A stretch of DNA of 64,000 bases from Candidatus Fimenecus sp. (GTDB lineage Bacteria; Bacillota; Clostridia; Oscillospirales; Acutalibacteraceae). The stretch's first letter is position 1, and each line of letters begins with the position of its first letter. The notes under the pieces were generated by a model. The model was not told where the DNA came from and did no database searches. It worked only from the letters and a program-made list of their open reading frames with translations. The stretch is taken from NCBI GenBank assembly GCA_045543095.1, contig JAZQMC010000001.1, forward strand, positions 623 to 64,622, read 5' to 3'. Below are positions 47,683 through 56,147 of this stretch, in pieces. A program made the translations under genes and the position numbers.

Positions 47683-49164
47683 TTATATTGCCAATCCGTT
47701 AAGAATCAAATCAAGATAAACCGCATCAAAGCCGTCAACCGCACCATCTTCGTTAAGGTCACTACGATTAAACATAAAATTGTTTTTCACCTTTTCGTTT
47801 CCGGAACAAATCAGGCAAAGTAACTTATAATCATTTTCATCAACCGTACCGTCACCATTTACATCGCCCTTTAATGTTGATGGTGGTATTTTTTTCAGGA
47901 ACAAATCAAGAATAATTGTATCAAAGCCATCTATCGTGCTGTCTTCATTCATATCGCCTACAATATTGATTGCATAACTTACATTTTTCTGCAAGGAGGA
48001 AACGGAACACAGAATTTCAAGGTCATTTTCATCAATAGTACCGTTAAAATTCACATCACCCTTTATTGCCGTATCAAGTGCGACAAAGGTAATGCTATTT
48101 TCTTTTGCATAAGTTTCGGCATAAGTGTTAGAATAACCGAAAAGGATTACATTTTCGGTAGATGTAAAGGCATTTTCTGCTATATTCACAACAGATGCGG
48201 GAATTATCGCATTTTTATCATTCAATGCTCCGCCGATAATCTGTGTTGTGCCATCTTTAATAATTTTTTCAGCATTATTTATGTCTGTTCCCACAACGCG
48301 AGTACCCATATAAAGCACGCCGTTTTCCCAGTTTTCGCTATTATTATAATAACCCGTATTGTAAATCGCATTTGCATTAAAAACTGCAGTTTCTGAAATA
48401 TTGAGTTTTTTAAGTGATGTACAATCCTTGAATGCATTGTCACCTATGTAATCAGCCAAATTCAGATTTCTTACACTTTCAAGGCTTTCGCAACCCTCAA
48501 AAGCATTATTACCGATTGTAACTATTGATGCAGGCAAACCTACATCTTTCGCCTTTGTATTGCCTTTAAATGCACCGTCAGCAATAACTAATGTTCCGTA
48601 ATTTATACTGTAAATTCCTTCGAGCTCAATTTCTATAAGATTTTTACCGAGATAGAGATATTGAAGCACCGGTGCACCAATGTCCTCCCAATCAATTGAG
48701 CCACCGCTTGTACCACCACCGATACCAACTCCCCCTGACGATGGAGTATCGCTCGTGGTTTTCTTTAATTTCCAATTAGATTTATTGTTGTAATAAGCCG
48801 TATTGTAAATCGCCTTTTCACCGATATGAATTATAGTGTCAGGCAAATTAATTGTCGCAAGTGCTGTGCAATCTTCAAAAGCAGATGCACCGATATCATA
48901 AACACCCTCTTTAACTGTTACCGAAGTTATTTCTGTGTTTCCTTTAAAAGCACCCTCCCCTATTGCCACCACGGGAAGTCCGTTCAATGTTTTGGGAACA
49001 GTTACATTTGTTACGCCCGTGCCGATATATTTAGTTATAACAATCTGGTCATTCACAATTTCACAAGAAAATTTACCGTAATTAACGGCGAAAGACGGCA
49101 TTGCAGACGCAAAAATACACATAATAATTGCAATTGACACAATCACTGAAATTGCTTTTTTCAT
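47683..49164 (-). CDS. secreted leucine-rich-repeat (BspA-like) protein with two C-terminal dockerin modules
   Basis: Signal peptide and repeated IG..AF..C..L LRR_5-like units. Four Ca-loop segments: GDVNFNGTIDEND, GDMNEDSTIDGFD, GDVNGDGTVDEND and SDLNEDGAVDGFD. Confidence 0.8.
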   Translation of the reverse strand: MKKAISVIVSIAIIMCIFASAMPSFAVNYGKFSCEIVNDQIVITKYIGTGVTNVTVPKTLNGLPVVAIGEGAFKGNTEITSVTVKEGVYDIGASAFEDCTALATINLPDTIIHIGEKAIYNTAYYNNKSNWKLKKTTSDTPSSGGVGIGGGTSGGSIDWEDIGAPVLQYLYLGKNLIEIELEGIYSINYGTLVIADGAFKGNTKAKDVGLPASIVTIGNNAFEGCESLESVRNLNLADYIGDNAFKDCTSLKKLNISETAVFNANAIYNTGYYNNSENWENGVLYMGTRVVGTDINNAEKIIKDGTTQIIGGALNDKNAIIPASVVNIAENAFTSTENVILFGYSNTYAETYAKENSITFVALDTAIKGDVNFNGTIDENDLEILCSVSSLQKNVSYAINIVGDMNEDSTIDGFDTIILDLFLKKIPPSTLKGDVNGDGTVDENDYKLLCLICSGNEKVKNNFMFNRSDLNEDGAVDGFDAVYLDLILNGLAI

Positions 49165-49226
49165 TTCTGCACCGTCCTTTCGAGCATATATAATTATTGT
49201 ATCATTAAATATAGATTATTGCAACA

Positions 49227-49258
49227 CAAAAAACGGCGGGGTCAAGACCCCGCCCTAC
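49227..49258 (-). terminator. intrinsic terminator after eda carrying the GTAGGGCGGGGTCTTGACCCCGCC element
   Basis: The minus strand reads GTAGGGCGGGGTCTTGACCCCGCCGTTTTTT. Confidence 0.7.
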
Positions 49259-49374
49259 CATAATTTATATAGATATTGAAATAGATTTATTTTTTCGTAA
49301 GACAATGTGGCAGAGGCGAAGTTGTATCAGGTATACCACGAGCCGAAAGCCACGAAGTATTGCGGAAAAAGAAA

Positions 49375-50031
49375 CTATTTATTTGCAAGTTCTGCACGAG
49401 CAAGTTTGATATTTTCTACAAAACGCTTACCTGTTTCGGTAATCTTCTTGTAGTCGCCTGTCTTTGCACCTGCTGTAAGTGATGAGCCTGCACCAACTGC
49501 AACAGCACCTGCTTTAATCCATTCGCCAACGTTGTCAGCATCAACGCCACCTGTTGGCATCATTTTAGCATAAGGGATTGGACCCTTGATGTCTTTGATA
49601 ATCTTTGGTCCGAAAAGGTCTGCAGGGAAAACTTTAAGAATATCTGCTCCGTTTTCCATAGCGAGTAAGCCCTCGCGAACGGTCATAATACCGGGCATCA
49701 TCGGTACTCTGTAACGATTACAAAGTTTAAGTGTTTCAAGGTCAAGAGCAGGGCTAACGATGTACTCTGCACCTGAAAGCATAGCAATTCTTGCTGTTGC
49801 TGCATCAAGAACTGTACCTGCACCGAGAATAATCTCTTCAGGCGTATATCTCTTTGCAAGTTCTTCAATAACCTTGTCAGCGTGAGGAACTGTGAATGTA
49901 AGCTCAATAGCAGCAACGCCACCTTCGATACAAGCATCAGTAATTCTGATAGCCTGGTCAACTGTTTCTGCACGAACAACTGCCACGATACCGCAGTCTT
50001 GAATTCGGGTAATGATTTTTTCTTTATCCAT
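49375..50031 (-). CDS. eda: KDPG / 4-hydroxy-2-oxoglutarate aldolase
   Basis: 218 aa with AIELTF, GAGTVLD and KVFPA motifs. Lies in the kdgK/uxuA neighbourhood. Confidence 0.9.
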   Translation of the reverse strand: MDKEKIITRIQDCGIVAVVRAETVDQAIRITDACIEGGVAAIELTFTVPHADKVIEELAKRYTPEEIILGAGTVLDAATARIAMLSGAEYIVSPALDLETLKLCNRYRVPMMPGIMTVREGLLAMENGADILKVFPADLFGPKIIKDIKGPIPYAKMMPTGGVDADNVGEWIKAGAVAVGAGSSLTAGAKTGDYKKITETGKRFVENIKLARAELANK

Positions 50032-50067
50032 AATTACATCTCCAAATAATTATAATCAAAATAAATT

Positions 50068-50117
50068 CCCTCCCTCATTGAGGGAGGTGTCAAACGCTAT
50101 GCGTTTGACGGAGGGAG
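50068..50117. repeat. REP-like double-hairpin unit (left flank of the DUF559 gene)
   Basis: CCTCCCTC-att-GAGGGAGG (50069-50087), then GTCAAACGC-tat-GCGTTTGAC (50089-50109), then GAGGGAG. Overlaps the last 7 codons of the DUF559 ORF. Confidence 0.8.
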
Positions 50118-50483
50118 TTCGTTTTTATCAATCCGAGATTTTACCTCTTTATCAATTAAAGAACACACCTCATAGAAATTCTCATCGATTTCAAAATTAG
50201 TAAACCTTAAAATCTTGAGATTGTTTTTTTCTAAAAACACTGTTCGTTTTGTGTCATAATCCATTTGCTTTTCAACGAAATGACCTCCGCCATCAAGTTC
50301 AATAACCAAAGCTGCTTTATGACAATAAAAATCAACTATAAAATTATCAATTACTTTTTGACGTTGAAAACGAACCGAATAATCTTTTAAAAAGTAAAAC
50401 CAAAGTTTTCTTTCCCAAGGAGTTGCATTTTTTCTAAGTTCTTTAGCGTAGGGAATTAATTTATTGTTATATGGTAATGACAT
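50097..50483 (-). CDS. DUF559 (Vsr-like / PD-(D/E)xK-type) endonuclease-domain protein
   Basis: 128 aa with LRKNATPWERKLWFYFLK...FQRQKVIDNFIVDFYCHKAALVIELDGGGH...KILRFTNFEI, typical of DUF559. Confidence 0.85.
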   Translation of the reverse strand: MSLPYNNKLIPYAKELRKNATPWERKLWFYFLKDYSVRFQRQKVIDNFIVDFYCHKAALVIELDGGGHFVEKQMDYDTKRTVFLEKNNLKILRFTNFEIDENFYEVCSLIDKEVKSRIDKNELPPSNA

Positions 50484-50487
50484 ATTA

Positions 50488-50579
50488 CTCCCCCAGTCAA
50501 CTTCGTTGACAGCCCCCTCAAAGATGGGGCGAAAACTCCCTCAGTCACCTTGCGGTGACAGCTCCCTCAAGGAGGGAGC
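50488..50579. repeat. two tandem REP-like double-hairpin units (right flank of the DUF559 gene)
   Basis: Unit A: CTCCCCC-A-GTCAAC-ttc-GTTGAC-A-GCCCC..GGGGC. Unit B: CTCCCTC-A-GTCACC-ttgc-GGTGAC-A-GCTCCCTC-aag-GAGGGAGC. Confidence 0.8.
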
Positions 50580-50590
50580 TGATTTCAAAA

Positions 50591-51688
50591 CTATCTCTGT
50601 ACTCTTGCACCCGCACCGCTAACAATAGCATTAACTTCTTTAAGTGAAGCCATTGATGTATCACCTGGTGTTGTCATTGCAAGTGCACCGTGAGCAACGC
50701 CGTAGTTAACTGCGGTCTGTGCGTCTTCTGTTGTCATAAGGCCGTAAATAAGACCTGATGCGAATGAGTCGCCGCCACCAACACGGTCAAGGATTTCAAG
50801 ACCAGGGAGTTCAAGTCCCTTATGAACCTTGCCGTCTGCATAACAGATTGCAGACCAATCGTTAACTGTTGCAGTTTTAACTGTACGAAGAGTTGTTGCG
50901 ATAACTTTAAAGTTAGGATAAACCTTAACAACATCTTCAAGCATCTTATAGTAGCCCTCAATATTGAGTTCCTTAAGATTTTCATCGTTTCCTTCGATTT
51001 CAAAGCCAAGACATGCTGTGAAATCTTCTTCGTTACCAATCATAACGTCGATATATTTTGCAATTTCCTTATTAACTTCCTGTGCTTTTGCCTTACCGCC
51101 GATATCATTCCAGAGTGACGGACGGTAGTTAAGGTCATAAGATACGATTGTGCCGTATTTCTTTGCAGTTTTAACTGCTTCAATTGCTACTTCTGCAGTT
51201 GACTCTGAAAGTGCGGCGAAAATACCACCTGTATGAAGCCAACGAACACCGAGAGTACCGAAAATGTAATCCCAGTCAATGTCCCCTGCTTTAAGCTGGG
51301 AAATTGCAGTATTGCCACGGTCAGAAACACCGACTGCACCACGGATACCGTATCCGCGTTCTGTAAAGTTAAGACCGTTTCTTACAGTTCTGCCGATACC
51401 GTCATATTTAACCCATTTGATAAGAGAAGTATCAACGCCACCCTGCATAATAAAGTCCTCTAAAAGACGACCAACCTCGTTGTCAGCAAAAGCAGTAACA
51501 ACTGCAGTTTTCATACCGAAGCAACGACGAAGTCCACGAGCAACGTTATATTCACCGCCACCTTCCCAAGCACGGAATGAACGAGCAGTTTTAATTCTGC
51601 CCTCGCCTGGGTCAAGACGAAGCATAATTTCACCAAGTGAAATCATATCAAACATACAATCTTCTTTTTTTCTGAGATTTAAGTTCAT
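50591..51688 (-). CDS. kdgK: 2-dehydro-3-deoxygluconokinase (PfkB family sugar kinase)
   Basis: 365 aa with the PfkB C-terminal motif DRVGGGDSFASG. ATG at 51688, 8 nt after GGAGG. Confidence 0.82.
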   Translation of the reverse strand: MNLNLRKKEDCMFDMISLGEIMLRLDPGEGRIKTARSFRAWEGGGEYNVARGLRRCFGMKTAVVTAFADNEVGRLLEDFIMQGGVDTSLIKWVKYDGIGRTVRNGLNFTERGYGIRGAVGVSDRGNTAISQLKAGDIDWDYIFGTLGVRWLHTGGIFAALSESTAEVAIEAVKTAKKYGTIVSYDLNYRPSLWNDIGGKAKAQEVNKEIAKYIDVMIGNEEDFTACLGFEIEGNDENLKELNIEGYYKMLEDVVKVYPNFKVIATTLRTVKTATVNDWSAICYADGKVHKGLELPGLEILDRVGGGDSFASGLIYGLMTTEDAQTAVNYGVAHGALAMTTPGDTSMASLKEVNAIVSGAGARVQR

Positions 51689-51731
51689 ATATATACCTCC
51701 AAATTGCTATAACGGAAAAAATAGCCACTGA

Positions 51732-52580
51732 TTAAACACCTGAATAAGCTGAAAAACCACCGTCAACGCAAATGCTTGTACCTGTGATAAAGCTTGAGTA
51801 TGCTTCGTCGCAAAGGAAAAGAAGTGCACCTGTAAGCTCTTCTGACTCACCAAATCTCTTCATAGGTGTTGCGTTGAGAATTTTATTTGTACGGGCTGTT
51901 GGTGTGCCGTCTTCATTCCAGAGGAGAGCTTTATTCTGGTTTGTTGAGAAGAATCCGGGAGCAATAGCATTTACACGAATACCAACGTCTGCAAAGTGAA
52001 CTGCCATAAACTCTGTGAAGTTCTTAACTGCGGCTTTTGCTGCTGAATATGCCGGAATTTTTGTAAGAGGACGATAAGCATTCATTGATGTAATATTGAT
52101 AATGCAGGTGTTCTCTTTTTCAGCCATATCGCGTGCAAAAACCTGTGTAGGAATAAGTGTGCCAAGGAAATTGAGATTGAATACAAATGAAATTCCGTTT
52201 GCATCAAGGTCAAAGAATGTCTTGATGTTTTCGTCCTTTTCAATAAGGTCAATCTTTTCAAGAGTTTCTTTTGTTGTTGTGCCCTTGGGGTTATTACCGC
52301 CTGCACCGTTAAGAAGAATATCGCAAGTTCCGAGTTTCTCATTGATTATATTGCGAGCATTCTCCATACTCTCTTTTTCAAGAACATTACAACCAACCGC
52401 AATAGCCACACCGCCGTCAGCAACGATTTCGTCAGCAACTTTCTGTGCCGCTGCTTCATTTAAGTCAAGGATTGCAACCTTAACACCCTGCTTTGCAAGT
52501 GATTTTGCGAAATCTGCACAAAGAACTCCGCCACCACCTGTAACTACTGCTACTCTGCCTTTTAAATTCTCGTGTACCAT
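51732..52580 (-). CDS. SDR family oxidoreductase, likely D-mannonate/fructuronate oxidoreductase type
   Basis: 282 aa with TGGGGVLC (TGxxxGxG) and YSAAK catalytic motifs. Adjacent to uxuA and kdgK. Confidence 0.75.
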   Translation of the reverse strand: MVHENLKGRVAVVTGGGGVLCADFAKSLAKQGVKVAILDLNEAAAQKVADEIVADGGVAIAVGCNVLEKESMENARNIINEKLGTCDILLNGAGGNNPKGTTTKETLEKIDLIEKDENIKTFFDLDANGISFVFNLNFLGTLIPTQVFARDMAEKENTCIINITSMNAYRPLTKIPAYSAAKAAVKNFTEFMAVHFADVGIRVNAIAPGFFSTNQNKALLWNEDGTPTARTNKILNATPMKRFGESEELTGALLFLCDEAYSSFITGTSICVDGGFSAYSGV

Positions 52581-52741
52581 AGTATAATTCCATAGCCTTT
52601 CCAGCTACATATTATTTAATAAACATCACATTTAATCCTTGTTGTAGCTGGACAAGGCGTGATGGAATTTTAGTCCATCTCAAAATTTGGATTTATACAA
52701 ATTTTGAGGGACATATAATCTACAAATAGCGTGTTTACACG

Positions 52742-53788
52742 CTATTTGTTTCCTTTCTCAACTGCTTCAAATAAGCCGTTTATGTATGTAGCACCAAGTG
52801 CTCTGTCAAAAAGTCCGTAACCGGGTTTTCCTGTTTCGCCCCAAATCATTCTGCCGTGGTCAGGACGAACATAACCATCAAAGCCTGTATCTACAAGTGC
52901 TTTAACAACCTCATACATATCAAGACTACCGCAATCTGAAAGATGTCCGCTTTCTTCAAAGCTTCCGTCCTCCATAATCAAAATGTTTCTGATATGCATA
53001 AATGCAATTCGGTTCATTGCACTATATTTTCTAATCATTTTTACTACGTCATTTGATTTTGCACAACCTAAGGAGCCTGTGCAAAGGCAAAGACTGTTTG
53101 CTTCACTATCCACAAGTTTTAACATTCTGTCAATGTTTTCTTCGCAAGTGATAATTCTCGGAATACCAAAAATCGGATATGGCGGGTCATCAGGATGAAT
53201 TGCCATTTTAACGCCACATTCTTCGGCAACAGGAATAACTTTTTTAAGGAATTTTTCAAGATTTTTCCAAAGTCCCTCTTCGCCGAGTTCACCATAAGCT
53301 GAAATTAACTCTCTGACTTCTTCCTGTGTGTAGCTTGAATCCCAACCGGGAAGATGAATATCATCTTTGAGTGGGTCAAGACCTTTCATCTGTTCCCAAT
53401 ACATAACAAGACTTGTTGAGCCATCCTCTGCCTCTTTATCAAGCTGTGTACGAGTCCAGTCAAAAACCGGCATAAAGTTATATGTTACGCATTTAACGCC
53501 ATATTTTGCACAACGGCGGATATTTTCACAATAAACCTCTAAAAGCTCGTCAACATTATCTCTGCCAAGCTTAATGTTTTCGTGCACGGGAATTGATTCG
53601 ACAACGTCAAAAACAAGACCGTTTTCCTCGCATTGTTTTACCATTTTCTCGATTGACTCTTCCGGCCAAACCTCACCCGGTTTTACATCATAAACGGCAC
53701 TAACAATGCTTTTCATATTTGGAATCTGACGAATGTATTGCAACGAAATGGGGTCACTTTCGCCATACCAACGGAATGACATTTTCAT
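52742..53788 (-). CDS. uxuA: mannonate dehydratase
   Basis: 348 aa. The N-terminus MKMSFRWYGESDP is typical of UxuA. Confidence 0.9.
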   Translation of the reverse strand: MKMSFRWYGESDPISLQYIRQIPNMKSIVSAVYDVKPGEVWPEESIEKMVKQCEENGLVFDVVESIPVHENIKLGRDNVDELLEVYCENIRRCAKYGVKCVTYNFMPVFDWTRTQLDKEAEDGSTSLVMYWEQMKGLDPLKDDIHLPGWDSSYTQEEVRELISAYGELGEEGLWKNLEKFLKKVIPVAEECGVKMAIHPDDPPYPIFGIPRIITCEENIDRMLKLVDSEANSLCLCTGSLGCAKSNDVVKMIRKYSAMNRIAFMHIRNILIMEDGSFEESGHLSDCGSLDMYEVVKALVDTGFDGYVRPDHGRMIWGETGKPGYGLFDRALGATYINGLFEAVEKGNK

Positions 53789-53879
53789 ATTTTTTTACCT
53801 CCCTATTTTTTCTGTATATTATTTTATCATTGAAAAATTTTCGATTCAATGTAATTTTTATTGTTGTTTTGGGATAATT

Positions 53880-54602
53880 TTAATTCTCGTCTTTAAAATT
53901 TGCATCATCTTCCCAATACGCAACATCAAAGGGGTCTTTATCCGGGTCATAGACATCCCATAATTCGTGCTCAAACTGTTCAGGCTGTCTGGGACATTCT
54001 GCAACAGCCTCCACTTTCATTCCCCTTGACCAGATTGACGGGTCAATACGGATTGTATATCCGCAACAAGAGGGCGTTAACCACTCGTGCATTGGTGCTT
54101 CGGGAAGTGCATAAGTCTGCATAAGTGACATAATAACACCGCCGTGGGTAATAACTGCAGTATTTTTAACCCCTGCTTTGATTACGCCGTCAACAATCTT
54201 TTCAAAGCAATCACAAATTCTGTAATTAAAACGCACCTGACTGTCGCCAAAGGGTGCAGCCTTATTGGGATTTGTACCCGCTAGCCATTCTGCGAAATCT
54301 TCGTCATCCTGCAATTCTTCTGCAGTTTTGCCCTCGAATTCGCCGAAATCGTATTCTCTTAAATCATCAAGGATAATCGGATTTTTGTCGGGATAAATCG
54401 CTTGTGAGGTTTCAATACATCTCTTTAACGGACTGCAAAAAACCGCATCAACCTCGGGGTATTCGCCATAGTTTTCCATTATATCATGAAGCTGTGCCAT
54501 ACCCTCTTCGCAAACAGATTCATCGGTATGACCTATATATCTGCCCTCAAGGTTTCCCTTTGTAACTGCATGGCGGATTAAGTGAATTTGGTAAGTTTTC
54601 AT
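53880..54602 (-). CDS. histidine phosphatase (phosphoglycerate mutase) family protein
   Basis: IHLIRHAVTKGN (RHx motif) and ITHGGV. I prefer the ATG at 54602, 7 nt after AGGAG. Confidence 0.8.
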   Translation of the reverse strand: MKTYQIHLIRHAVTKGNLEGRYIGHTDESVCEEGMAQLHDIMENYGEYPEVDAVFCSPLKRCIETSQAIYPDKNPIILDDLREYDFGEFEGKTAEELQDDEDFAEWLAGTNPNKAAPFGDSQVRFNYRICDCFEKIVDGVIKAGVKNTAVITHGGVIMSLMQTYALPEAPMHEWLTPSCCGYTIRIDPSIWSRGMKVEAVAECPRQPEQFEHELWDVYDPDKDPFDVAYWEDDANFKDEN

Positions 54603-54696
54603 ATTGTAACTCCTGAAAATTTGTGAATTCACACAATATACAAATTGTTGAATTCAGTATATAATTTTAATACATTCTGTATAAAAAGGTGATTTT

Positions 54697-55320
54697 ATGA
54701 GTACTCCTATTTCTGCAAGACTTGTGTCCTTAAGAAAAGAGAAGAATTTAAGCCAGAAAGAAGTCGCAACGGCACTTGGGGTTTCACAAGGGCTTTTATC
54801 CCACTATGAAAAAGGAATCCGCGAATGCGGGCTTGATTTTTTATGCCGTGCTGCAACCTTTTACGATGTGAGCTCGGACTATCTTTTAGGCCTTTCTGAC
54901 ACTAAAATGATGTCGGATGCTCTTTTTGTAGAAGACGAAATCCCACAGGACAGCGAAATGAGAATGAGTACGATTTTCCGTTCATCAGTTTATCTTCTTG
55001 ACCGTTTGGGAACCTTCGGCAGAAGCAGTGCTGCCAAAATAAGAGCAATTTATGTTCTCACAATTTATAAAATTTATCTTTCTGCACTTTCTCAAGGTGC
55101 TTTGCCCAACCACGAGTTAGCAAAAAAAGATTTATCGCCATATCTTTCATCAACAACCATTGACAGTATTATCAACAGTTTAAACTTTGAGGGCGATGCA
55201 AAGCCCAAACGAAGTGAGCATCTGCCAAAGGCAATGGATACAATTATAAGAGAAGCAACTAAAATTATTGACAAAGAAGTTGCAAGAATAAACCGAATTG
55301 TCAACCGCCAATCAAAGTAA
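54697..55320 (+). CDS. XRE family HTH transcriptional regulator
   Basis: LRKEKNLSQKEVATALGVSQGLLSHYEKGIRE is HTH_3-like. The C-terminal domain is unknown. Confidence 0.8.
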   Translation: MSTPISARLVSLRKEKNLSQKEVATALGVSQGLLSHYEKGIRECGLDFLCRAATFYDVSSDYLLGLSDTKMMSDALFVEDEIPQDSEMRMSTIFRSSVYLLDRLGTFGRSSAAKIRAIYVLTIYKIYLSALSQGALPNHELAKKDLSPYLSSTTIDSIINSLNFEGDAKPKRSEHLPKAMDTIIREATKIIDKEVARINRIVNRQSK

Positions 55321-56136
55321 TTCTTTATAAATTACGCTTTTCTTAAAGCCTGTTTCGGCGGCAACTGTTTTTGACGCTTCGTTTACGCTGACACCTTTAT
55401 TTACAAGTTCTTTTGCTAAACCTACAGCCTCTTCTAATGTGAGGGGCTGTTTTTCTTTTATCTTTTCTGCTCCCGCTAATATGAGCACATATTCACCGCG
55501 GGGATTTTCTGTTTCATAATATTCGATTGCTTTTTTAAGGCTTGTCCTAAATACAGTTTCGTGAATTTTTGTAAGTTCACGCACTAAGGCGATTTCACGG
55601 TCACCGAAATATGCATACATATCATTGAGCGTAGCTTTTAATTTGTGAGGTGCTTCGTAAAAAATCATTGTTCGGGTTTCGTTTTTAAGCTCTTCAAGAT
55701 GTTCTTTACGGCTTGGCTTGTTTGTGCTTAAAAAGCCCTCAAAAGTAAATCTACCGCTTTCCATTCCGCTGACCGCAAGGGCAGTTGCAAAGGCGGTTGG
55801 TCCGGGCACAGATTCAACCGGAATCCCGTTTTCGTGGCAAAGATAGACCAAATCTTGTCCCGGGTCAGAAATACAGGGCATACCCGCATCAGTTACGATT
55901 GCGCAGGTTTCGCCCTCAAGAATTCTTTTAACAATTATTTCGCCTTTTTCTCGGCGGTTATGCTCAAAATAACTGATTAAAGGCTTTTTTATATCAAAGT
56001 AATTAAGTAGTTTTGAAGTAACGCGAGTATCCTCGGCGGCGATAAAATCAACGCTTGATAAAGTATCTTTCGCTCTCGGAGAAAAATCGGACAAATTGCC
56101 GATGGGTGTGCCCACAACATAAAGTTTACCGCTCAT
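55312..56136 (-). CDS. rsmI: 16S rRNA (cytidine1402-2'-O)-methyltransferase
   Basis: 274 aa with LYVVGTPIGNLSD and AAEDTR motifs. Confidence 0.92.
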   Translation of the reverse strand: MSGKLYVVGTPIGNLSDFSPRAKDTLSSVDFIAAEDTRVTSKLLNYFDIKKPLISYFEHNRREKGEIIVKRILEGETCAIVTDAGMPCISDPGQDLVYLCHENGIPVESVPGPTAFATALAVSGMESGRFTFEGFLSTNKPSRKEHLEELKNETRTMIFYEAPHKLKATLNDMYAYFGDREIALVRELTKIHETVFRTSLKKAIEYYETENPRGEYVLILAGAEKIKEKQPLTLEEAVGLAKELVNKGVSVNEASKTVAAETGFKKSVIYKELL

Positions 56137-56147
56137 TGTTTTTCTCC

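Larger units (their letters stand above)
50068..50579 (-). mobile_element. candidate DUF559 cassette bounded by inverted REP-like units
   Basis: One unit lies on the left and two tandem units on the right, in opposite orientation. The cassette interrupts the kdgK-eda pair. No transposase and no clear target duplication. Confidence 0.3.

Noticed and set aside
49259-49374. 115-nt spacer between the eda stop and its terminator, with a GTGGC...GCCAC stem, a GGTATACC palindrome and duplicated ACTTCG boxes
   Set aside because: The pairings are short and ambiguous. I could not build a convincing structure or match a motif. It may simply be a 3' UTR, noted only for RNA-seq follow-up.
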